A stretch of DNA of 64,000 bases, taken from positions 60,948,001-61,012,000 of the forward strand of contig NC_058382.1 in the NCBI RefSeq assembly GCF_018350175.1, in the 5' to 3' direction. The notes under the pieces were generated by a model. It was given only the letters and a program-made list of their open reading frames with translations, was not told the DNA's origin and ran no database searches. The translations under genes were made by a program, and so were the position numbers. The DNA comes from Felis catus. Taxonomy: Eukaryota. This document shows positions 52,336 to 64,000 of this stretch, one piece after another (position 1 is the stretch's first letter; each line of letters begins with the position of its first letter).

Positions 52336-54329
52336 GGACGAGCGGCCCCCAGGAGCATGGTGGCAGTCTCCCCTCAGCTGGCAGCCTCTGGTTCCTGTGG
52401 ACTCAGCCCCTCCACACCCACGCGGCTGTGACTGTGGCGGGTGCGGAATGTGGGAAGCGGGTCTGGGCACAGGAACAGAGGAGTTTGGGGAGGGTCTCCG
52501 GGCACGGTCACTCAGCCGGGACAGGAGGCCCCAGCTGTGTCCTTGCCAGCACCTCCCAGCAATCCTGCGTTCGCTTCCCTCTTCTGGGTCCCAGGTCGGG
52601 GCGGTTCTGTGGGGAAAGCACCGAGGTGGGCGGCCAGGGCACCCGCACGACAGCCCACGTGCCTCTCAGAGCCTGTTCCACGGGCAAGGCAGGGACAAGC
52701 GCCCACGCCTGAGGCAGAAGGACTTGGTGGAAATCCCGTTCCCGAAGGTCCCTCCCTGTGCCTGGTGCAGGCGGCAGGCTTGGCAAGGGGTTCGCTCCTT
52801 GGCCCTCAGCCCCTAACAGGTGGCTTTTCTGGGTCCTCTATCCAGGGGCCCGGCCCCAGGAGCGGGGGCACGGGAACAGGAGCTCAGGACGGCGGGGGGC
52901 CCGGGGGGCTCAGGCTGCATCTGAGAAGCGGAGCCCTTCCTGCAGCGCAGCCACGGCCCAGCACAGAGCAGGTACCAGGGGGGCAGCTCCCACCTGACCT
53001 GTTCTCCCCCGAGGCCACGCGGCCCCTCTGAGGGGGGCTGGGGCAGGTGGCCGGCCAAGGCCCTCCCTGAAGGCCCCACCCCCCTGCGTCTGCTGGCAGG
53101 TGGAGTCTCCCCACCGCGTGTCAAGTGTAAGGGAGTGAGCACATGCCTGCAGGGCAGGGCGTCCTTGTGCACGTGTGTGCACGGTGGGGGCTGCGTGTAG
53201 GGTCCACGCATGTGCGCGCTCCTGCACGTAGCGGCCCTGGCCCCTCCGCAGCCCCTCCCACACGGGCCGCGTCTCGTCATCGGCTTGCCAGTCACGTCGT
53301 CGCTAACAGTCTGCTCGTAGATACACGGCCGTCCAATTACTCCTTAAGGGTTACAGGCCATTAAGCTGTCAGTCTGCTTCATTCCGGCCCATCGGCGCTG
53401 TCCCCACCAGCACACAATAACCATTAAAATGACACCAGGAACAAGCAGCCGCGCCCACACGGCGTCCGTGACGTTCCCATTAGCGCCTGCCTCAATGAGG
53501 AAGGGCCGCTTCTGAGAAGACGATGTCACACTGCACCAGCCGGACGGGCGGCCCGCTGAGCAGACACACTGATGGGTGTATACACACACACGTAGGTACG
53601 CTCACAGACACACAAATGTTTACAAACAACACCGATCTGGGCTCTGAAGCCTCCTGCCAGGTGTCGGCTGCCCCTGGGCCCCCAGTGACCAGTGAGGGCC
53701 AGATCAGGGTCAGGGATAGCTCAGAGACATGCTGGGAGCCGGCAGCAGCTGGCATGGGGCTCCAGCCCGGGACCCTGTCGCCCCTAAGCAGCCTGCATGT
53801 GGACCCTGCTTCTCCCAGCCCCAGAATGGTGACATCTCTTCACAGTGGCTCAAGTACGTTTTTCAGAACCACTTTAAACACTGAGGACGGAAGAAAGAAG
53901 ACCGGCCAGTGCCGTGTCCACCCGGCCTGTTGGGTCTTAACCTCGGGCAGGACTTGCCTCAGATCCTTTTCGAGAAGTAACGACAGCAGTCCCAGCCTCC
54001 GTCCCACGCTCAGGAGCTGAACACACGGTGCCCGGTGCTTGTGATATGTTCTCTCAGAGTGACACAAATCTGCCACTGAGTTCATGCTGTTCTGCTGCTG
54101 GCTGTGTTTGTGGACCTAAGCTCTGAGTTGCCATGCAGAGGCCCACCCGTCTCACGGGTGGATTGCATGGTCGTAGGCACAGGCCTCTTCCCAAAAAGAC
54201 CATGTCGTGTAGACAGCCTCCAGCAGACAAGATGCCGTATCTCGCCTCCACGCAAAACAGACAGACTTTAAATCTTTGCCACGGTGCTCGGTGTCAAATA
54301 GGATCCCTTTATTTTAATTTGTACTCCCC

Positions 54330-55750
54330 TAATTGCTGCTTAGGTGGAGTATTTTGAATATGTTTATTGTCCATTTGAATTTTTTATTCTGTGAATTGCC
54401 TGTTCGTGTTCTTTGCCCATTTTCGAGTTGGTTGTCGGTAATTTTCTTGATTATGCATTGGTTGCGTGGCTTGCCTTTTTTTTTTTTTTTTTAATTTTTT
54501 TTAACATGTATTCATTTATGAGAGACAGAGAGCACAAGCAGGGGAGGGGCAGAGAGAGAGGGAGACACAGAACTGAAGCGGGCTCCAGGCTCCGAGCTGT
54601 CAGCACAGAGCCCGACACGGGGCTCAAACTCACAAGCCATGAGATGGTGACCTGAGCCGAAGTGGGACACTTAACCGACTGAGCCACCCAGGCGCCCCTT
54701 GCCTTTTATTTTTTTAATGGTGTCTATTGATGTGCAGAATTTTTAAATTTTAATGTGTTCACATGCATTCAGGTTTTTTATGGTTTGAGTTTTTCTTGTC
54801 TAAAACTTCCTTTCCTACCCCAAGTTCTTAAATACACTTTCCTATGTGTTTTTCTAAAAGTTACAAAGCTTTGCTTTTCTCGTGTAAACCCTTCATTCAT
54901 TGCAAATTCATTTTCACACGTTGTGTGAAAGGCCCTGATTTTTCCCACGTGGAGTGACCAGTGTTTCCTTCTGTCCCCTGAAGCACGTGGGCCTCCGCTC
55001 TCTGCCCAGCATCCGGGCACGTCCTGCTCCAGGCTGTGCCACCCTCTGCCCTGTTTCCAAAGCCAAGGCGCCTGTTAGCACACGGCACCGCTATTTCCTT
55101 CTTCAGAACCGTCTTGGCTGTTCTTGGCCCTCTGCTCTTACGCCAGAATTTTAAGAGCAGCTTAAAGTTCTTTTTTAAAGAACCTTATCGGGGGTGATGA
55201 GATTTATAAGTTAACATGGTGACATCTGACATCTTCACGAAAGTGCGCCCTCCCGCCCACAAACACGGCCCAGCTCTGTGTTGTGGGCTCCTTCCTGTGT
55301 TGTCGTTTTCCCAGTAATAATCGTGCCCGTCTTTCGAGAGGGTTGGTCACAGGTCCTTCTTGTTTTTGTTGAGATCCCAAGTGGGACTTTTCATCCGTGT
55401 TTTAAGTGCTCGCTGAAATGGTTTGTGTGTTGCATTTCCATCCTGCGGCCTTGCTCGCTTCTTGGCGGGCTCCTCCCGCGGGTCATCAACGCCTGCCCGT
55501 TAGCAGGTCACGTCTCCTCCTGTGACTCCCCACTCCTTCTCCTCTCATCGCGCCACTGAAATGCCCAGTGGAATACAGACCAGGAAAGGGGGTAGATGGC
55601 CCAGAGCCACCCTCCAGCTCTGCAGGTGAGTGCAGGCGGACGCCTGATGCAGATCAGCACGTTCATTGCTAAGATGCTCTGGGAACGCACGCTGAATTTC
55701 ACCGAAATGTTTCCTTCTCTATTAAATTGGCCATCCTGTCTTTGACTGGT
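54330..55750 (-). mobile_element. Decayed L1 fragments; boundaries approximate
   Basis: TTCTGTGAATTGCCTGTTCGTGTTCTTTGCCCATTTT and similar T-rich antisense-L1 motifs. Confidence 0.55.
54476..54698 (-). mobile_element. Can-SINE
   Basis: T-tail to ...GAGCCACCCAGGCGCCCC; TSD TTGCCTTTT. Confidence 0.95.
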
Positions 55751-55966
55751 TTTTTGTTTTTTTTTTTTTTAAGTTTATTTACTTATTTTTGAGAGAGAGA
55801 GGAAGCAGGGTAGGAGCAGAGAGAGATGGGAGATAGAATCCCAAGCAGGCTCCTCACGGTCAGTGCAGAGCCCGATGAGGGGCTAGAAACCACGAACCAT
55901 AAGATCGTGACCTGATCTGAAACCAAGAGTCGGACACTTAACCGACTGAGCCCCCCCAGGCGCCCC
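55750..55966 (-). mobile_element. Can-SINE
   Basis: T-tail, GAATCCCAAGCAGGCTCC..., CCAGGCGCCCC end; degenerate TSD GTCTTTG. Confidence 0.92.
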
Positions 55967-56211
55967 GTCTTTGTTACTCTGGACCCTGCTGATGGTATTG
56001 TGCACCGAAGCATAGTCGTGTCCCTGGAAGAAACCCTGTGGGGTCACAGTGTGCAGATGGGGTCAGGGGGCCTGAGTTGTACTCCGTTTAATGCGACTAT
56101 TGAGCTGGCCCTGTGGTTTCTGATCTACAATTCCAAAATCCAAGAAGCTTTAAAAACCAAAGTTGCCTTTTTTTTTTTTTTTATGTTGGGGGTAAACCGA
56201 TCCGGCAGATG

Positions 56212-56400
56212 CTGCACAATTAAACGTTTGTGCCCCCTCCCAAATCCATACGTTGAAAGTGACCGGCCTGGGTGATGGTGTCAGGAGGTAGGGCTGTGGG
56301 AGGTGGTGAGGTCATGACGTGGGATTCGAGCGCCCTGGCCGCTCTCGCCTCATGGGGACGTGGCTGGAAGACACGGCCGTGAGCCCGGACGCCCTTGCGG
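56212..56400. mobile_element. MaLR (MLT1/MST-like) LTR fragment
   Basis: AACGTTTGTGCCCCCTCCCAAATCCATACGTTGAAA...GTGATGGTGTCAGGAGGTAGGGCTGTGGGAGGTGGTGAGGTCATGA. Confidence 0.6.
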
Positions 56401-57203
56401 GACTCGGAATGTGCTGGACCCTACACCGCGGCCCGGCCTCCCGAAGGCCACCTGACCTTCCCCCAGTGGCCTCGGCCGGGCCGTCCCCTGCCTGGCCCCT
56501 GTCAGGCTCGTTCTTGTGAATACAGCCCGGTGCTGAGGCACCACTGAAGCGTCCTCGTGCTTGGCTATGGGGCACTTCTGGTTCCAACCGTCGTCATTTC
56601 TACTTTGACTTAATCTCTTAATCCGTGAGTTACCTGGGAGCACCTGTCAGCCCGCCGAGCTCCTCCTGCTCTCCCGCCATCCTGCGCGCACAGGCCTGTG
56701 GTCCCGGGTCTTAGAAACCCAGGCGCCTTTTGTGCCCCCTACGCGGTCAGCTTTGCTCCAGAGCCAAGTGACTGGACACGTGACGGTGTGGTCACCTCGG
56801 GGTCAGCCTCCCCTCCGGGATGCGGCCTGTTCAAATCTGCACACGGCAGGCTGCTTTGTCTGTCCTTCCTATGTCTCAGCGCTAGGTTCTTCGGCCCTTT
56901 TATTCTTGATATATTATGTATTTTTGCTGGATTGTTAGTTAGCATTTCTATACCTATTCGTGTTTTTTCCGTAAGTTTTCTTTTTTTGAGAAATCTTGCT
57001 CTTCCCCTTTTGGGGGCACAGACAGACCGTCTAACCCCGAGCCATTTCTTCATGGGCTCCGTTTGGTTTCAACGTGTCTGCTCGTGACACAAGCAGAGAG
57101 CCCACGTGTCTGACTCCAGGGGATGGCTTGTCTTTTAGTTAGTGAATGTAGGCCATTTATTGTGACGATTTGATGTATTTAAATAGACTTCATCCCGCAA
57201 CCA

Positions 57204-57412
57204 TTTTTTTTTATTTTTTAACGTTTTTTTATTTTTGAGAAAGAGAGCCCAAGCAGGGGAGGGGCAGGGAGAGAGGGAGACACAGAATCCGAAGCGGGAT
57301 CCAGGCTCCGAGCTGTCAGCATAGAGCCCGACGCGGGGCTCAAACCCACAGACCGCAAGATCATGACCTGAACCGAGTCAAACACTGAACCGACTGAGCC
57401 CCCAGACGCCCC
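57204..57412 (-). mobile_element. Can-SINE
   Basis: TSD TCATCC(C/T)GCAACC on both sides. Confidence 0.94.
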
Positions 57413-57472
57413 TCATCCTGCAACCTCTACTTTGTTCTCTTTGTGCATTAGGAAATTATAAATTAAATTTCT

Positions 57473-57806
57473 GGGGCACCTGGCTGGCTCGGTGGGTAGA
57501 GCATGCAACTCTTGATCTCAGGGTCGTGAGTTTGAGCCCTATGCTGGGCATGGAAATTACTGAAAAATAATAATGGTAAGGGCTCCTGGGTGGCCCAGTT
57601 GGTTAAACATCTGACTTCGGCTCAGGTCATGATCTCGCTATTCGTGGGTTCAAGCCCCGCGTCGGGCTCTGGGCTGACAGCTCGGAGCCTGGAGCCTGCT
57701 TCGGATTCTGCGTCTCCCTCTCTCTCTGCCCCTCCCCTGCTCGTCCTCTATTTCTGTCTGTCTCAAAAATAAACATTAAAAATGTTTTAATTAAAAAAAT
57801 AATAAA
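57473..57806 (+). mobile_element. Short Can-SINE (57473-57574) with a full Can-SINE (57580-57800) inserted in its A-tail
   Basis: Outer TSD TATAAATTAAATTTCTG (57457-57473, 57807-57823); inner duplication AAAAATAATAA. Confidence 0.9.
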
Positions 57807-60800
57807 TATAAATTAAATTTCTGTTGAGTACCCTTAAATTTTTTTAAATGCGTACTGTAACACTCACAGTTCTTTTTCCAAGTTTGTAGTTACGCAGTAG
57901 GCGGGCCCTGTGGCCAGGATGTAACCTTCCTCCCTGCCCCTCCCATCCTGATACACTTCTAGAGTTTCAGTCTTGTTTTGTTTTGGAAACAAAAATTAAT
58001 AGGCTTGTTTTTACAGCGACTGGATAAATTTAGTGATGTTTTCTGAATTTCTTGGCTCAACGGATTTCTTGTCATAAATAACGCTCGCTGATGTTTTGGC
58101 AAGCATCTCTGAGTGGTCAACCTGCGTGGCCTCCGCACATCCGAGCCTCTGTTTTGTCGTCACTCTTCAAAGACGAGCTGCCCGGGCCCAAGCCAGGCCT
58201 CTGTATCTCTGCCTCCGGCCCCTTTGGCGTTCACGTCTTCCCAGTTCGTGAGCCTTTTTGTTCCGATGCTGTGGAGGCTGTCTTTGACCTGGACACGGCA
58301 GTGCGTCTCCACGACGGGAACAGCCAGCGGACGGGGGGGCCTTGCTCAGATGAGCAGCTCCGGTCCCCGTGTCCTCTCGGTTGCCTGAGCGCCGTCCACA
58401 CGCAGACGCCCCTCTGCAGCCATCAACGTACACTGGGGCGCCCGGCCCCGCCCCGCTGACCCCACTTCTGTGTGGACGGCATCCGGGCCGGCCCCCCCGC
58501 ACCCCAGGTGACCTGCCCGGAGCTCAGCAGAGGCCTCGGTCTCTGGGCACGTGAGCGTGGTTTCATCTTGTCGGAGCGCTAGTGCAGCAGGCTCTCTAGA
58601 GAGTTCTGAATCTTGCTTTTCTCAACAGACACAGACCTTGGGCCACCGTGACTTCGTCCCAGGCAGGCGTGAAACCACCGGCCAGGGCAAGGCCAAGGGC
58701 AGGGTGGGCCCCACCAGGCCCCGTGCTCAGGTGAAGACCGCCGGCGGGCCATCCACCCACATGGACACCATCACTCCAAAGGTGCGAGCGTCATCGGAGA
58801 CTCAGGCAGGCACCTCCCAAAGCCCCAACCCTGCGTCTGCGGAAGCCCCTTCCCGTACCCGCCTGGAGCTGTGGCCTGTCTGCCAGATGCGGTTACTTGT
58901 TAAACCTCGGATTCACTGGGTACAGGTACGGGCCTGCCCCGCGGAGCCTCACTCGGGGGGACGAGGTGCTGGGCCTTGGCTGGCCACATGCCTCCTTGGC
59001 TGGGGAGGGCAAGAGCCCCGCAGTGGGGCAGCAGTGGCGCCCCAAAATGGAAGCTGGGGCCTCTCTCTAACCGAGGAAGGTGCCGGGAATAAGCCAGGTG
59101 CCCAGGTCGGGTCGGCCCCTGAGGGCCTGAGGCAGGGGCAGGACCAGAGCAGGGTCCAGAGACGTCAGAGGACTTGAGAGAGCAGCTGACTGACGGGAGG
59201 TGCGTGCCAGCTCGGGGATGCCGAGTATAGGAGGTGCAGGAGGAAGAGTCTGGAACGTTCTGGGGTTTCCAGCTCAGCAGCCTGAATGGAGAGTACAGGA
59301 GGGGGAACCGGGGGGCTGGAGAGAGGGCAAGGTGGGGCTCAGGCCGGAACATGCTAAGCATGAGCTGGCAGAGGGCGCTGGGCAAGCCTGCATGTCCGCC
59401 AGAGACTTCTGGGCGAGAGCAGGCGAGGGTCGGAGGCTCCCGTACAGGTGCACGCAGGCCCCCGACATCCAGGGGAGAGCCGGGAGGGTCAGGACCAAGG
59501 AGAATGGCTGAAGCGTGCCGATTCTCCCCAAAGAGGCAAGGAGGCCATCCACGGGGGACTGTGTGGTGTGGCCCGGCCTCTCACCCAGCAGCCTGCAGTC
59601 CTGGATGGGGTGGGGGTGGGGGTGGGGGCCTTCTGTGCCTCACACCGGCTCTGCACCGACCTGACCCTTCTGCCCCGAGTCTGTCTGTCTGCAGGAGAAG
59701 GTCGGATGGGAAGGCTCTAATGCCCTGCATCTGTCTCGTGGGCCCTGTCCCTGGAGGCCCCCCAAGACCCTGCCCCTAGGCAGAGTGCCACCACCGGCGG
59801 CCCCAGAATGAAGGGCAGCGTTGCCAGACCACACCGATCCTGTTACAGCCACGGATTTCGTCTGAATGATCGTTAACGTGATTTATAGTTATTTGGATTC
59901 TCTGCTCGCGGATTTGTCGCCAATCCACTTGATATTGATGAGAGGCAATGGAGCCAACAGTAGCGGAGTGGAGTGGGGTGGGGGTGGAGGGGGCCCCTGT
60001 CTGAAGCCCCCACCCCTGCATGGCTCTCCACCCCCCCCAGCCCTCCCCCACCCAGACTGAGAAGGTGCCAGTGTGCAGGCGGCTTTGCTGGCCGTGTCTC
60101 TGGGCCTCGTGGACAGAAGGGTAAGGCACGTGAGGGACAGGCGTGCGGCCTGCAGCCCCTCCGGTGGCCCTCTGGCCTCCCCTCCCCCCAGCCTGGAAAG
60201 GACCAGCCACTAGGTGGCCTCATGTGCCTGGGTGTGTGGGACTCAGCAGGACTCAAGGACCCTGCAAACCCACCCATGTGGTGACAGCCGCGAAACGGAG
60301 CACGGAGGCCGCTCTGAAGAAGGGGAGCTTATCCCGAGGCTCCACGAGACCCCGAGTGGGCGTGTGCCTCCTGGTCCCTCTGAGCCCTGCTCCTTGTGCC
60401 AAAGTCAGGTGTTACTGCCAGCGCCCACTGGCACAGACCGCCAGCCAGGCCCGCTGGGAGCACAGACACTGGTGAAGGAGGCCCAGCCTGGTGCGCGTGC
60501 CCTGAGGGATGTGTCACACCGCCCTGGCCCCCCGACACCGTCTCACCACACGCCTCTGTCCTGCCCTCCCCCTTCCTGCCTTCCACACCTTCCCGCCCAC
60601 ATCGTCCCCTCCCCTGGGTCCTCAGCACCCTGAGACTGAACGAGCAGGATGGGGGGCCCGCACACCTGCCCTAGGGCCTTGGGGTACACGGGCCCCCCGG
60701 CCTGTCTTGGTGAGAGTTTTTACTAGAGTGAGTTTTCCATCAAAACTGGCCTGGGGACAGCTCACAGATTCCTCTAAAATCTGACCATCTGTGCCCGGTG

Positions 60801-63083
60801 ACCTCTGTTCTCTGGCTTGGCTCCCACTTAGCCCTGAGTGTGTGCCCACATCACTATGGCCAGGCTGTTCCCCTAACCTCGGGTTCTTGAGCACTCCTGG
60901 GCTGACCTCGGGGCTCTAGCGGGGCGGCCTGACTCAGCCGACAACAGTGCCCGTGGCAGAGGCCGTTTGTCTGGAGTCCGTGCTGGCCGGGCTGCCCCAG
61001 CACTTTGCGGGGAGGAGTCCAGGCTGCCCGTAGGGCCAGCACCAGGGCCAAACAAACCTCGGGCAGGCTGCGCGTGGTCCGGCCGTGGTGGGCGAGGGGT
61101 CTGGGCCGGACGTGGGCAGGAATCTGTGCAGGTCCCAAAGGCAGCATTCCCTCTGTTCCTCCTGGGACAGCAAGAAGGCTGAGGAGTCCATGCTGGGGTC
61201 CCTTCGCTCTGGGAAGGGGCAGCTGTGTCCAGGGTGGGGGCGAAGACATCACCCCGCCCACCTGGCCCCTGAGCACAGAGCGGGGTGACCTCTGGGCCAG
61301 AAGCGGGAGGTCCAGCCCACTGTCGGCGCCACCCCTCCCAGGGCTTCCCTAGAGCCACACTGCCCCCTGCTGGTGCCAGCAGACATGGCAGGAGCCGTGA
61401 GGACACCAAGCCTCCCTAGCCACCGAATCCCTGGGACTGATTATCCCCTAAAGAACACAGGATACCACATCCAGTGAACCTGGGGCCACTGCGTGGCTGG
61501 AATCTCCATCACTGTATCAGAGGTGCAGGCACGTGGCCACTGGGCAGGACAGCCACTGGAGCTGGGGACATGGAGGTCAGGGACAGCCCTGGAGGGAGGA
61601 CAAGACCAGAGCCTCTGGGTCACCTGCAGCCCAACCCCCTGTAAGCAGCACCCAGGTCAGGCTGTGAGTGCCTGGCTGCCAAGCCCTCGGGGCCCATCAG
61701 CCCAGGACCCCACTGCCTCATCCAGGCCACCAGGGTTAGTCAGGGCCTCGGGACGCCCCCCCCCCCCGCCACACTCTGCACCCATCATCCACTGAGGAAC
61801 CCCTTATGCTGCTGCCCCCCCCCCATTAGGATTTGTTAGTGCTTTCTGACCCCTCTGGGAGGCAGCCCCAGCAGGACTGTCCTCAGCACTCAAGCCCAAG
61901 AGCCCAGACCCGGGAACCATGGAAGAAAGGAAAGGCAGTGGGCGTGCCCCCACCTAGCCTCTCTCCTCGCCTCCAGACCAGGCTCCCAGAGGTTGGCCGG
62001 GCTCCTGGCCAGGCCCCACCTGTATTGGTCTGTCACCTTGGCCTCCTCAGGACTTCTGCTCTTGCCTCTAAAGTGAGGGGCCCAGAGACAGGGGCCACCT
62101 GGTGCCTGGGCCTCGGGGACCACCATTCGGGCTTTACTGTCCTTATAGGTAGCTGTCCCCCAGGCATCTCCATGTGGGTGACCACAGGCACCCCAGGGAA
62201 CGTCCACAAGGAAACTGCCCCTGCCCAGGCCGACACCTGGGGTCAGGTCACCTCCCTCTCTCAGCACCTCCGGACCCCGGCGATCCTCCGCTCCCCTCCC
62301 CTCTGTGTCCACCCCCGGTCCCCGCCCCCATCATCCACCCAGCAGCCTGAGCCCCGCCCACTCGTGTGCCCTGCCCACCGGCCACCCCGAGGCCACGCCC
62401 CCCCCACGTCTGAGCCGCCCTTGCTCCTTGCAGGGGTTGGGGGTGGAGTGTGGGCTCCGGTGCCTCCTCGGGCGGCAGGTTAGAGTCTGGGGAGGGGGTG
62501 ACCGCGGGGGAGGGGGCAGAGCTGCAGGCCTGGAGAGTCCAGGGGGTCGGATGCCCCGAGTCCTCGGGAAAACGATAGGGCTTTTCTGGAGGGGCGATCC
62601 TGCTTTAGGAAGGAGAGGGAACTGGTCCCGCGGCTGGGGTGGCCCAGCCCTGGACAAGGCCCCCCATGCTCGTGCTTGGGCACAAGGGGAAACTGAGAGT
62701 GGCGGGGAGAACGACCTCCCCAAGGCCCTGCACTTGGACCCCCATGGGGAGGATTGCTCACCAACCCAGGACCACACCCAGTCGGAGCGGCCTTTCCCTG
62801 GGCTTGGGGCTAACCCATGACCGGACCCAGCTCACCCTCCCCTTGGAGAACCCCTACCCCCAGAGGTTGTTGGTGGGGGACAAATGGCCAAGAGCAAGGT
62901 GCCAGAAGGGTGGGCAAATAAGCAGAGAGGAGGGGGTCTTACAAGGCTTTTTCCCCTCACCCCCGTTAGAGTGCCTGAGGTTAACCAGGGGACTCAGGCT
63001 CAGCCACCCATCCCCTTCTACCTCTCCCCTGCACTAGTACCAGAAGGCAGGAGCCCCAGGCATTCAGAAGGCTGTCCCGCCCC

Positions 63084-63473
63084 TGTTCGGGGTCCCTAAT
63101 CTCAGAGGCAGCATGGTGGTGTTGCATCCACACGACTCCTGAAACAGAATGCTACGGGCACCAGTGACAGTCACAACAAAGTTTACTGCAACGAGAGGCA
63201 AGGCAAACCGATCGATCGGGACCGACACTCTTGACCAGCGTGCGGTCTCGCGGGGTACAGAGTTTTTATAGCCGACCACATCGTCTTATTATCACCTGGG
63301 AACAGAACAAAGGGATAGTTCCCAGGTGGAAACAGTTCAAACAGGCCCTTGCCCCAATCCGATCACGCGCTAATCCAGCCCTTGATTGATAGGCTAAGGC
63401 TGTTATCCCTTAACCTACGGTATTAAAACAAAGCTGTTATTTCTTAAGGCTACAGGTTAGCCCTACCCTTACA
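63084..63473 (-). mobile_element. ERV-type solo LTR (minus strand); right boundary uncertain
   Basis: Minus strand reads TGTAAGGG...TATAAAAA (63270-63263)...AGTAAA (63187-63182)...CCCCGAACA; abrupt compositional change from flanks; no clear TSD. Confidence 0.6.
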
Positions 63474-63826
63474 GTGGCCCTTAGAGGCTGCTCCCCAGGC
63501 CCAGGGTCTCAGAGCCTGGAGATGGAAAGGCCCCCTCTCTGACTCCCCACCTCGGAGCAGTGAGTGCCAGGGACACGTTGCCAGAGTCTCCTTCAGGCAG
63601 CCTGGCCTCCTTCCAAGCAGGCCAAGGGCACAGATGGTGCCACACCTGCTCCACGGCCCACGATCTGGACAGGAGAGCGGAGGACCCGCCCCTGCCACAG
63701 AGAAGACCCAGGCTCCCTGGACATCCCCCCCCCCCCTCCTGCTCAGAGGGCAGTGTGTTAGCTCCTAGGGTCCTTCCTCCGTCCTGCGCTCTCCACCCTC
63801 CGTTACTGTGTCCTGGGCCTGTGAGC

Positions 63827-63827
<1 letters not shown>

Positions 63828-63873
<46 letters not shown>
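63828..63873. repeat. (CA)n microsatellite
   Basis: ~23 pure AC units. Confidence 0.97.
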
Positions 63874-63874
<1 letters not shown>

Positions 63875-64000
63875 AGGGGCACAGGTCTTGAAGAGGAGAG
63901 CAGCCCCAGAACAGGAGGCCACGGCGGGGGGGGGGGGGGGGGGGAACCTAGGGGAGGGAGGAAGGGCTGTGCCTGGGGTGGGGAGGGCCAACCCCAGGCG

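Noticed and set aside
50000..64000. Exons of the expected downstream neighbour CDH15
   Set aside because: No signal peptide exon or cadherin motifs recognised; the gene probably starts beyond the window.

Overview
Mammalian genomic DNA from a cat-family (Felidae) genome, judged from the many feliform Can-SINE (SINEC_Fc-type) copies. The DNA is very GC-rich. The window holds the complete coding region of ACSF3 (mitochondrial malonyl/methylmalonyl-CoA synthetase) on the + strand. There is a CpG-island promoter at ~3.1-4.5 kb and nine GT-AG coding exons (9343-48973; 1761 nt, 586 aa). The rest is intronic or intergenic: Can-SINEs, decayed antisense L1 elements, MaLR and ERV solo LTRs, a Tigger-like MITE, micro/minisatellites, and several AT-rich, homeodomain-motif-rich islands that look like enhancers. 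There is no CRISPR array, tRNA/rRNA gene or second protein-coding gene that I can support; almost all other ORFs in the track are artefacts of high GC or repeats. I found no new multi-gene system. The most unusual structure is a chimeric SINE at 27.1-27.4 kb that carries an inverted ~250-bp copy of a nested SINE-in-SINE junction at 14.3-14.6 kb. This pair brackets three coding exons that sum to a phase-symmetric, stop-free 414 nt. Both ends of the CDS also appear shifted by 1-nt indels relative to human ACSF3 (human sequence recalled, not searched).
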